DNA from: Macrostomum lignano
Taxonomy: Eukaryota
Direction of reading: 5' to 3'
Assembly (NCBI GenBank): GCA_002269645.1
Contig: NIVC01000762.1
Location: 1 to 64,000, forward strand
Length of the DNA stretch: 64,000 bases
Numbering within the stretch: the first letter of the stretch is position 1; each line of letters begins with the position of its first letter. The notes under the pieces were generated by a model. The model worked only from the letters and a program-made list of their open reading frames with translations. It did no database searches and was not told the origin of the DNA. Below, in pieces: positions 37,101-48,072 of the stretch. The position numbers were made by a program, and so were the translations under genes.

Positions 37101-40100
37101 CGCACTCTTTGCTGAATCGTATGTATGGATTTTCTATCGTTAATTATTATTCCCACAGTCGTTCTTTTCTTCACTGTGCACCTCAGAAGTACACTGTGCA
37201 TCTCAGAAGTACACTGTGCATCTCAGAAGTACACTGTGCATCTCAGAAGTACACTGTGCATCTCAGAAGTACACTGTGCACCTCAGAAGTACACTGTGCA
37301 TCTCAGAAGTACACTGTGCATCTCAGAAGTACACTGTGCATCTCAGAAGTACACTGTGCATCTCAGAAGTACACTGTGCATCTCAGAAGTACACTGTGCA
37401 TCTCAGAAGTACATTGTGCATCTCAGAAGTACACTGTGCATCTCAGAAGTACACTGTGCATCTCAGAAGTACATTGTGCATCTCAGAAGTACGCTGTGCA
37501 TCTCAGAAGTACGCTGTGCATCTCAGAAGTACATTGTGCATCTCAGAAGTACACTGTGCATCTCAGAAGTACATTGCACACCCCAGAAGTACATTGCACA
37601 ATGCACACCTCAGAAGTACATTGTACAATGCACACCTCAGAAGTACATTAAACACCCCCGAACCCGCCGCAGTTGAAGATCCTGGTACCCAACAGCACAG
37701 CTGGCATGATCATCGGGAAGAAGGGCGCATTCATCAAGGAGATCATGGACTCCAGCGGTGCCTACGTGCAGATCTCGCAGAAGCCGAAAGAGCAGGCCCT
37801 GTCGGAGCGCTGCGTCACTGTGGCAGGCGATCCCGATCAGAACCGTGCCGCGGCCGCCATGATCCTGGCCAAGATCGCCGAGGACCCACAGTCGGCCAGC
37901 TGTCCGAACATCAGCTATTCGAACATCACAGGCCCGGTGGCCAGTGCCTACCCTACTGGCAGTCCGTACGCGCTCGTCCAGGGCGGCAGCGGCCTCGGCA
38001 GCGCGGCCTCCTCTCCACAGGGAGCCAGCGGAGGCAGCGGCTTCGACCTGCAGCTGGGCGTTGGAGGCGGCAGCGGTGGTGGGGCGCCGCTCAGTCTGAA
38101 CTCGTCTCAGAACTCGGCCTGCTCGTTCGGTTCGGCCGGTTCCATCTCGCTGGACACTCTGCGAGCCTCGCTGAGGCAGAGTGGATATTCAGACTCAGCG
38201 GCTGAGGATATTATTAGCGCTATGCTCACGCTGGCTAGTTATGGCTTCTTCAATCTGCAGTCACTGGGAGCGCAGACTCCTCAGGCTGCTCCGCCAGCAC
38301 CTCCGCCGCCGCCTCCTCCGCAGGCCATCATCTCTCCTGGACCTCCGGGCGGCGGCGGCGCTGGCGGAGGCGCCATGTCGCTGTTGCAGTCGCCTCACTC
38401 GTCCTTCAACTTGTCGCACGGCTCGCTGTCGGCTCTGATGCCGCTGTCTGCCGATCCTTCCGCAGCCGCTGCAGCAGCCGCCGCCGCCGCGGCCGCCGCT
38501 GGCGCAGATTTCGGCGTCGGAGCGCCGTTTGGCGGCGGCGCCGCGGGTGGTCTGCCGGGCGGGGACGCCTTCGTTTATTCCGCCAATGCGGGCTGCCGCC
38601 GCCCGTTACTGTCGTGTCCTCGACTGCTGCTGGCGGCGGCCAGGCGTGGGACTCGACAGCCCAGTGCAAGCGCGACCTTGAGATTCCCGAAGCCCTAGTC
38701 GGGGTTATCATCGGACCCGGTGGGAAGGATATCGCGGAGCTGCAGAGCACCACTCAGACTAATATTCAAGTGAGTTGGCTGCTGCAACATACGGGAATCT
38801 AGTGGGTGAGATTCTGGAATCTAGTGGGTGAGATTCTGGCATCAAGTGGATGAGATTCTGGATTCTAGTGGGTGAGATTCTGGCATCAAGTGGGTGAGAT
38901 TCTGGCATCAAGTGGGTTAGATTCTGGAATCTAGTGGGTGAGATTCTGGAATCTAGGGGTGAGATTCTGGAATCTAGGGGTGAGATTCTGGAATCTAGTG
39001 GGTGAGATTCTCGAATCTAGTGGGTGAGATTCTCGAATCTAATGGGTGAGATTCTGGAATCTAGGGGTGAGATTCTGGAATCCAGTGAGTGAAATTCTGG
39101 AATCAAGTGGTTGAGATTCTGAAATCTAATGGGTGAGATTCTGAGATGTAGAGGGTGAGATTCTGAAATCTAGTAGGTGAGATTCTGGAATCTAGTGGGT
39201 GAGATTCTGGAATAAAGTGGGTGAGATTCTGGAATCTAGTGGGTGAGATTCTGGAATCTAGTGGGTGAGATTCTGGAATCTAGGGGTGAGATTCTGGAAT
39301 CTAGGGGTGGAATTCTGGAATCTAGTGGGTGAGATTCTCGAATCTAATGGGTGAGATTCTCGAATCCAGTGAGTGAAATTCTGGAATCAAGTGGTTGAGA
39401 TTCTGAAATCTAATGGGTGAGATTCTGGCATCAAGTGGGTGAGATTCTGAGATGTAGAGGGTGAGATTCTGAAATCTAGTAGGTGAGATTCTGGAATCTA
39501 GGGGTGAGATTCTGGAATCTAGTGGGTGAGATTCTCGAATCTAATGGGTGAGATTCTGGAATCCAGTGAGTGAGATTCTGGAATAAAGTGGGTGAGATTC
39601 TGGAATAAAATGGTTGAGATTCTGGCATCAAGTGGGTGAGATTCTGGCATCAAATGGGTGAGATTCTGGCATCAAGTGGGTTAGATTCTGGAATCAAATG
39701 GGTGAGATTCTGGCATCAAGTGGGTGAGATTCTGAGATGTAGAGGGTGAGATTCTGGAATCTAGTAGGTGAGGGTCTGGAATCTAGTGGGTGAGATTCTG
39801 GAATCTAGTGGGTGAGATTCTGGAATAAAGTGGGTGAGATTCTGGATTCTAGTGGGTGAGATTCTGGCATCAAGTGGGTGAGATTCTGGCATCAAATGGG
39901 TGAGATTCTGGCATCAAGTGGGTTAGATTCTGGAATCAAATGGGTGAGATTCTGGCATCAAGTGGGTGAGATTCTGAGATGTAGAGGGTGAGATTCTGGA
40001 ATCTAGTAGGTGAGGGTCTGGAATCTAGTGGGTGAGATTCTGGAATCTAGTGGGTGAGATTCTGGCATCAAGTGGGTGAGATTCTGAGATGTAGAGGGTG

Positions 40101-40562
40101 AGATTCTGGAATCTAGTAGGTGAGGGTCTGGAATCTAGTGGGTGAGATTCTGGAATCTAATGGGTAAGATTCTGAGATCCAGTGGGTGCAATTCTGTATT
40201 TCTAAACTCAGAAGAGACTAGATTCTAAGATCTAGTAGACTGGAGATCTAGGGGGTGAGATGTTAGGTTCTCGAGTTCCTGTTCACGTCAACTCCAAGCC
40301 AAGATGGCGCGCACTAGCTCTGAGCCGTGGGAGAACAGCGCGAGTAGCCCTTGAATCCCATTTCCCATTCGCTCAGGTGTCCAAGCGCGGCGATTATCAG
40401 TCGCACACTCGCAATCGAGTTGTAACGATTAGCGGCTCCCAGGCCAGTGTGCTCAAAGCTGAGCGGATTATCCAGCAGCGGGTGCGGCAGGAGGACCAGC
40501 GCCGGCAGCATCCCAGCGGCAGCGGTAGCGGAGGCGGACCGACCTCGCCGAACCAGCTGTGA
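34190..40562 (+). CDS. nova: Nova/pasilla family 3-KH-domain splicing regulator; exons 34190-34232, 35987-36127, 36934-37082, 37673-38769, 40377-40562
   Basis: KH1 [18 protein letters not shown]...YPG|TTER, KH2 [18 protein letters not shown] and KH3 [16 protein letters not shown]...Q|VSKRGDY...[10 protein letters not shown] all match the Nova signature. Splice phases are compatible. A frameshift at about 38590 separates KH2 from KH3. The first exon is less certain. Confidence 0.9.
36200..36895. repeat. 23-bp minisatellite, about 30 copies, nova intron 2
   Basis: Unit ATCTGGGATTTGAATCCAATGGG with internal palindrome GGATT-TG-AATCC. Confidence 0.95.
37175..37640. repeat. 20-bp minisatellite, nova intron 3
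   Basis: Unit GCATCTCAGAAGTACACTGT. Confidence 0.95.
38795..40200. repeat. 22-bp minisatellite, about 60 copies, nova intron 4
   Basis: Unit GAGATTCTGGAATCTAGTGGGT with palindrome GATTC-TG-GAATC. Confidence 0.95.
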
Positions 40563-40667
40563 GGCTGCAGAGACTGAAATTGTCGAGATTTTTTCACTCT
40601 GTCCGCTTTTCTTCTTTGGCTCTTTTTTGTCGATGTTAATTTATTATTTTTAATATCTTTAATAGCT

Positions 40668-41030
40668 TTATGGTTGCTAAGGAAAGTGGCTTTATGGTTG
40701 CTAAGGAAAGTGGATTTATGGTTGCTAAGGCGAGTGGCTTTATGGTTGCTAAGGAGAGTGGCTTTATGGTTGCTAAGGAGAGTGGCTTTATGGTTGCTAA
40801 GGCGAGTGGCTTTTTGGTTGCTAAGGAAAGTGGATTTATGGTTGCTAAGGCGAGTGGCTTTATGGTTGCTAAGGAGAGTGGCTTAGTGGTTGCTAAGGCG
40901 AGTGGCTTTTTGGTTGCTAAGGCGAGTGGCTTTATGGTTGCTAAGGAGAGTGGCTTAGTGGTTGCTAAGGCGAGTGGCTTTTTGGTTGCTAAGGAAAGTG
41001 GCTTTATGGTTGCTAAGGAGAGTGGCTGCT
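40668..41030. repeat. 24-bp minisatellite just 3' of the nova stop; related 26-bp array at 43445-43665
   Basis: Core TGGTTGCTAAGGAGAG in both arrays. Confidence 0.92.
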
Positions 41031-41744
41031 AAGGAGAGAGACAAACCTGGAAGCGTAAACATATTGTCAGTTTATTTTCAGTTATTGAATTTTTAAATTA
41101 GTGTCCTTAAAGAGTGCGCCTAAATAATATAATGCTGCCCGCTACACACTACTTATTTATGTTTATTTATTTTTGTTCAAATTTACAGGTGTCTGGCACT
41201 GAAAGTTCTTCGAGACCTATTTTTATAATACAAATATTATTTATCATATTTATAAATATGTCTATAGCTATTTTTCTTTGTCTCTGGTTCCCCGCATGCT
41301 TTCTTAGAGTCAATCAATTCATCTATTTATGCCTGCGCAACATATAACGGACTGTTGCTGTCTGCTAGACTTTCTCTGTCATCTTTGTTCAGCTTTTCCT
41401 TACTGCTCTAACTATACTACTCATCATTGCACCCTAGAGAGTAGTAGCATGCTGTGCTATAATTGAAGTTTTTTTTAAGTTAGGTTTTTGTATTTTTGTT
41501 CGTGTTGGTTGCGCTGTCTGTCTACCATAAGTTGTTGTCTTGGGTATTGTGAGTGGCCTTGGCACATAGCTTTTGTTGCTGAATTTAAAAAAAAGTAGTT
41601 TATTAATTAATATTGATTTATTACCTATCGCGATTTTTCAGTGGTCTTTCATTTCATTGTTTTGCTATATCGGCTAAATTAGCTTTGTTTTCTGTGTAAT
41701 TTTGCTCTCTTCTACATTATCCTGCAGTTTCTGTTCTCAGAGGC

Positions 41745-42500
41745 CAGACAGACAGACAGACAGGGACAGACAGACAGGGACAGCCAGACAGACAGCCAGA
41801 CATACACAGACAGACACACAGGCACACACAGACAGACAGACAGACAGACACACAGGCACATACAGACAGACAGACACACAGGCACATATAGACAGACAGA
41901 CAGACAGACATACAGGCACATATAGACAGACAGTCAGACAGACACACAGGCACATATAGACAGACAGTCAGACAGACACACAGGCACATATAGACAGACA
42001 GACAGACAGACAGACACACAGGCACATACGGACAGACAGACACACAGACAGACAGACAGACAGGCACATACGGACAGACAGACACACAGACAGACACACA
42101 GACAGACAGACAGACAGACACACAGGCACATACAGACAGACAGACACACAGGCACATACAGACAGACAGACACACAGGCACATACAGACAGACAGACAGA
42201 CAGACACACAGACAGAAAGACAGACAGGCACACAGGCACATACAGGCAGACAGACAGACACACAGACAGAAAGACAGACAGACAGGCACACAGACAGAAA
42301 GACAGACAGACAGACAGACAGGCACACAGACAGAAAGACAGACAGACAGGCACACAGGCACATACAGGCAGACAGACAGACAGACAGACACACAGACAGA
42401 AAGACAGACACTAAGACACACAAACTTACAGACACTAAGACACAAGACACACAGACAGACGACACTAAGACACTAGGACAGACAAACACTAATACAGACA
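41745..42500. repeat. Degenerate (GACA)n/(CA)n microsatellite
   Basis: Read directly from the sequence. Confidence 0.93.
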
Positions 42501-44154
42501 CAGGCTGTCAGTCTATCTAAAAACAGGCAAGCCACTACAGCAGTGCCCCGGACAAGAGGTTTGCTCTGAGAATGAAGAATAAAAATGCTAATGAAGAGTC
42601 GCCAGAGCTTTATTTATTTTCATAAATATCACCAGTGCACAAAATTCATTGGCACTTTGGCCACCTTTCACGCCCGCTCGCTTTTGTAGCAAATTTCTAA
42701 CTAACAATAGCACTGCTAAAACTTACCTAGTTGTTGAATTTAGAAATTTAAAAAAAATAGTTAGATTTATAATACGAGTGACTGTGCGCAGTTCACATTG
42801 TATGCAGCGCCTAATAGAGCTATTTAATTATGCTTCATCCATTGCTATTATCTCTTAGCCCCACCGCATGTGCAGCATCTGTCATATTATTATTTGATAT
42901 TCTATTATTATAACAGTTTATATAATAATGCCATCACGCGACTTATTATGCCCCATACTCGCTACTGCCAGTAGTCAGTTGTCTGATTTTTACTATTTGT
43001 TACATCTAAAAACTAACCCAATTAGCCTGTTAACTTTTGTTTTTTTTTAGCACAACTCACCTTGGTATTGTGACGAGTTTGTGAGAGTAAATTCTATAAA
43101 GGCTAATATTTTATGAATCAATTTAATTGTTAAAAATCTGAAAACAAAAATATATAAGTATAATATGTGACAGTATTTTATATTTCAATAGAGATTTCTT
43201 ATAATAGCAATGCCCCCCCCTAGCAACTATTTTGTTACCTCCTTCCTATCTCTCTGCTGTCTAACTCTCACCTTATATTGCACAGCTCATGCCTATGAAA
43301 GCTGTGATTTGAGTTTAAGTATAAATTATGTAGCATCTCAATTCGATGTGTGCTTCTTATACCTTAACTTATTTTTTATTTACAGCCTTGGCTTTTAAGT
43401 TTTTAACGTGCAGATTTATGATTTTAGTATATCGACGAGATAAGTTGCTAAGGAGAGAGTGACTTAATGGTTGCTAAGGAGAGAGTGACTTAATGGTTGC
43501 TAAGGAGAGAGTGACTTAATGGTTGCTAAGGAGAGAGTGACTTTATGGTTGCTAAGGAGAGAGTAACTTTATGGTTGCTAACGAGAGGGTAACTTTCGGT
43601 TGCTAAGGAGAGAGTAACTTTCGGTTGCTAAGGAGAGAGTAACTTTCGGTTGCTAAGGCGAGAGTGACTATGAATGTCACTGAAAGACTACGTGTACTTT
43701 GTGCCGGAAACAGACATTTAAAGTTTAATTGATACACTTCATAGTACTGTGTACTACCTATAAATAATTTTATTTGGCTAGTATAGGTACATGTAACTTC
43801 GAAAATACTAAGACATCGAATTCGACCTTCACGTGTACATGTATTATCAATGAAGCCATAGAAGGTCTTATAGTTTATATCCTTGCCTAGTTTCAATTAA
43901 CGCATTGACACTTAGTTCACTGTATGTTATGCATTTCCAATTTAGCATCACTATAGCGCTCGTACTCGTATATACTATTGTACTATCACTATTGTTACTG
44001 GAGTTTAAAAACATTTATATTAGCATGGAGTAACAACTAAAATTATTGCTGAAAATTTTTACCTATAACTGGTTTGTGACAATCCAACTGGTTTATTAGT
44101 GCTACAGCTACTGTCATGTCAAATTTCTGTCATTAGCGGTAAAATCTTTCTTGT

Positions 44155-44975
44155 GGCGCTTAATTGGCGCTAAAATCCGTATATTGGCGCTAAAATCTCT
44201 ATTCTGGCGCTTAATTGGCGCTAAAATCTCTATTCTGGCGCTTAATTGGCGCTAAAATCTCTATTCTGGCGCTTAATTGGCGCTAAAATCTTTATTTTGG
44301 CGATTATTTGGCTCTAAAATCTATTCTGGCACTTAATTGGCGCTAAAATCTCTATTCTGGCGCTTTTAATTGGCGCTAACATCTTTATTGTGGAGCTTTT
44401 TTGGCGCTAAAATCTGTATTCTGGCGCTTAATTGGCGCTAAAATCTCTATTCTGGAGCTTAATTGGCGCTAAAATCTGTATTTTGGCGATTATTTGGCTC
44501 TAAAATCTATTCTGGCGCTTAATTGGCGCTAAAATACGTATTGTGGCACTTAACTGGCGCTAAAATCTCTATTCTGGCGCTTTTAATTGGCGCTAACATC
44601 TTTATTGTGGAGCTTATTTGGCGCTAAAATCTGTATTCTGGCGCTTAATTGGCGCTAAAATCTCTATTCTGGAGCTTAATTGGCGCTAAAATCTGTATTC
44701 TGGCGCTTAATTGGCGCTAAAATCTCTATTCTGGAGCTTAATTAGCGCTAAAATTTCTATTCTGGTGCTTAATTGGCGCTAAAATCTTTAATGCGGCGAT
44801 TAATTGGCGCTAAATCCCTCACCATGGCGCTTAATTGGCGCTAAAATCTTTATTGCGGCGATTAATTGGCGCTAAATCCCTCACCATGGCGCTTAATTGG
44901 CGCTAAAATCTTTAATGCGGTGATTAATTGGCGCTAAATCCCTCACCATGGCGCTAAAATCCCTATTGTGGCGCT
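44155..44975. repeat. About 30-bp AT-rich minisatellite with TTAATTGGCGCTAAAATC core
   Basis: Read directly from the sequence. Confidence 0.92.
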
Positions 44976-45389
44976 TTAAAGTCCCCTTTATGCAAAAATT
45001 CCTTCTGTAGTGCTAAACAAGTTATCAGTGACTTGCAGCTAGGTTGCAGGAAACTCTTACTTGCCCCCCCCCCTTGGCAAAAAAGATTCCTCGCAGCACC
45101 TGTCCGGGGGTTATAACCAAGAGAAACCTAGAAGTCTGCTACCCACCTGCTTATTTTTCAACAGAGGCTTCCGCCTTTATGAACTCTGAATGCAGGCGGG
45201 ACTTTTGCGCTCGTGTCTCTTCGAGTTCTTAAACTTCGCCTCAACTGATAACTGAAATTCTGAATTAGTGCCAATTATAAACTCGTGGGAATGGGACCGT
45301 GAGAATCTTCCCAAGAGCTCGGATCCCAAAAAACGCAGTGGAGGGACATGCGGATTGTCACTGATAAGAACTGCATGCGAGCGGCACAA

Positions 45390-46302
45390 TTAAACAAACA
45401 ACAAAGCTAATTTTCCGTATGTCTGTGGGGGCAGCAACGAGCGGTTATAAAACTGGCAGTGTCGAGTCAGGACGCAGCTCGTGGCGGAGGGGGGCAAGCT
45501 CTGGCTGGTCAGGGACCCCTCATACTGGCAACTGGACTGGGCTGATTGTAACTAACTAATGCATCTGTCCCTGCTGTCCGTCTGTCTGCCAGCCTGTGTC
45601 TGCCTACCTGCCTTGTCTGTCTGCCTGTCTGTCTTTCTGCCAGCCTGTCTGTCCGTCTGTCTGCCTTGTCTGTCTGTCTGTCTGTCTGCCAGCCTGTCTG
45701 TCCGTCTGTCTGCCTTGTCTGTCTGCCTTTGTCTGTCTGTCTGTCTTTCTGCCAGCCTGTCTGTCCCACTGTCCGTCTGTCTGCCTTGTCTGTCTGTCTG
45801 CCTAGTCTGTCTGTCTGTGTGTCTGTCTGTCTGTCTGTCTGTCTGTGATCTGTTTGTCGATTTATCTATCTACCCTCCCTAAATGCTTCGCTCGTTTTGG
45901 CCATCCAGTCCAGTTGGCGTATTGCGCACCAGATTCGCAGTGGTCCTTGACTTTGAGGAACCGCGGCCCTCTCTGAAACTGAGACTAGATGGCTCACGCG
46001 TCTTGGCGTGTGGCCTAAAAAACCGATGAGGCAGACTGCAAGCAGACAGCACGAACCTATGCAGCCAAAATTTTATACGGGCATTGTTGCTTTCATATCC
46101 CCGGCCACCCCACTACATACTTTTTATCGCGGCAGTTAAAAATGGCCTGTTCGATGAAGGATCATATTCACCTGCGTACTCTAATCTACCATTGTTTGGT
46201 TCGGCCCCAGAGAGCATAAAGTTAGACCAGTGGGCCACGCGGTGTTTTTTAGAATTAGGAATTTGCTTGTTGAAATTGTTGGCCATCCAGTCAACCAAGC
46301 GT
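45390..46302 (-). CDS. Possible orphan gene fragment; exons 46302-46121, 46014-45874, 45541-45390
   Basis: Three stop-free segments with AG/GT boundaries and matching phases (1,1). DWMA occurs in two exons. One donor is weak (GTAGAT), there is no start codon and no recognised domain. Confidence 0.33.
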
Positions 46303-46379
46303 CTGGGTAGGAGGACATTTGATGACGTTTATATTTTTTGTACATGTACAACTTTGTGCTGGGGAAGAACGCGAAATGA

Positions 46380-47740
46380 AAGGACAGGAGAGGGTAGGAC
46401 GGGAGAGGAAGGACAGGGCAGGATAGGAAGGACAGGACAGGATAGGAAGGAAATGATAGGAAGGACAGGATAGGGTAGGACAGGAGAGAGGAGAGGGAAG
46501 GACAGGAGAGGCAAGGAGAGGATAGGACAGGAGAGGGAAGGACAGGAGAGGATAGGACAGGAGAGGGTAGGACAGGATAGAAAGGACAGGAGAGGGAAGG
46601 ACAGGAGAGGATAGGACAGGAGAGGGTAGGACAGGATAGAAAGGACAGGAGAGGGAAGGACAGGAGAGGATAGGACAGGAGAGGGTAGGACAGGATAGAA
46701 AGGACAGGAGAGGGAAGGACAGGAGAGGATAGGACAGGAGAGGGAAGGACAGGAGAGGATAGGAGAGGATAGGACAGGAGAGGGAAGGACAGGAGAGGAT
46801 AGGACAGGAGAGGGTAGGACAGGATAGAAAGGACAGGAGAGGGAAGGACAGGAGAGGATAGGACAGGAGAGGGTAGGACAGGAGAGAGGAGAGGGAAGGA
46901 CAGGAGAGGCAAGGAGAGGATAGGACAGGAGAGGGAAGGACAGGAGAGGATAGGACAGGAGAGGGTAGGACAGGATAGAAAGGACAGGAGAGGGAAGGAC
47001 AGGAGAGGATAGGACAGGAGAGGGTAGGACAGGATAGAAAGGACAGGAGAGGGAAGGACAGGAGAGGATAGGACAGGAGAGGGTAGGACAGGATAGAAAG
47101 GACAGGAGAGGGAAGGACAGGAGAGGATAGGACAGGAGAGGGTAGGACAGGATAGAAAGGACAGGAGAGGGAAGGACAGGAGAGGATAGGACAGGAGAGG
47201 GAAGGACAGGAGAGGATAGGACAGGAGAGGGTAGGACAGGATAGAAAGGACAGGAGAGGGAAGGACAGGAGAGGATAGGACAGGAGAGGGTAGGACAGGA
47301 TAGAAAGGACAGGAGAGGGAAGGACAGGAGAGGATAGGACAGGAGAGGGTAGGACAGGATAGAAAGGACAGGAGAGTATAGGACAGGAGAGGGTAGGACA
47401 GGATAGAAAGGACAGGAGAGGGAAGGACAGGAGAGGATAGGACAGGAGAGGGTAGGACAGGATAGAAAGGACAGGAGAGGGAAGGACAGGATAGAAAGGA
47501 CAGGAGAGGGAAGGACAGGATAGGAAGGACAGGAGAGGGTAGGACAGGATAGAAAGGACAGGATAGGGAGGACAGGAGAGGGTAGGACAGGAGAGGGAAG
47601 GACAGTATAGGAAGGACAGGATAGGAAGGACAGGAGAGGGTAGGACAGGATAGAAAGGACAGGAGAGGGAAGGACAGTATAGGAAGGACAGGATAGGGAA
47701 GGACAGGAGAGGGTAGGACAGGATAGGAAGGACAGAAGAG
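46380..47740. repeat. Purine-rich pentamer-based array (GGACA/GGAGA/GGGAA/GGATA)
   Basis: Almost pyrimidine-free plus strand, about 1.36 kb. Confidence 0.95.
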
Positions 47741-48072
47741 GGTAGTAAGTACAGTGAGCTTAGTGCGAGAGACACCACAGATCTGTACTTTTTAATGCGA
47801 TGTCCTGGCGTCCTGCCTTAGCACACTTAAGCCGTTACGCGTACAATCGAGTGAAAATATAATTTAAACGCCAAGAAATGTTCGGATCGGAAGTATATTT
47901 TTTTCTTTTTTCTTTCCATTTAACACGGATATGAAGGATGAAGATAAAATGTTTATAAAAATGAAACACACTGGCTATAACAAAACACAGAAGAAAATGA
48001 TAAGTTTTTTTGGGGAAATTGCACTGGGTGAGTTCTAAAGGAGTTGCCAGAATTGGGGAATTAAACTGAGGA

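Noticed and set aside
43603-43896. 97-aa minus-strand ORF that looks protein-like (KTFYGFIDNTCTREGRIRC)
   Set aside because: No ATG, no convincing splice sites or domain, and AT-rich background.
46181-47778. Long L/S/P/C-rich ORFs; similar ones at 16169, 36162, 37109, 41717, 53719 and 62921
   Set aside because: Low-complexity translations of micro- and minisatellites.
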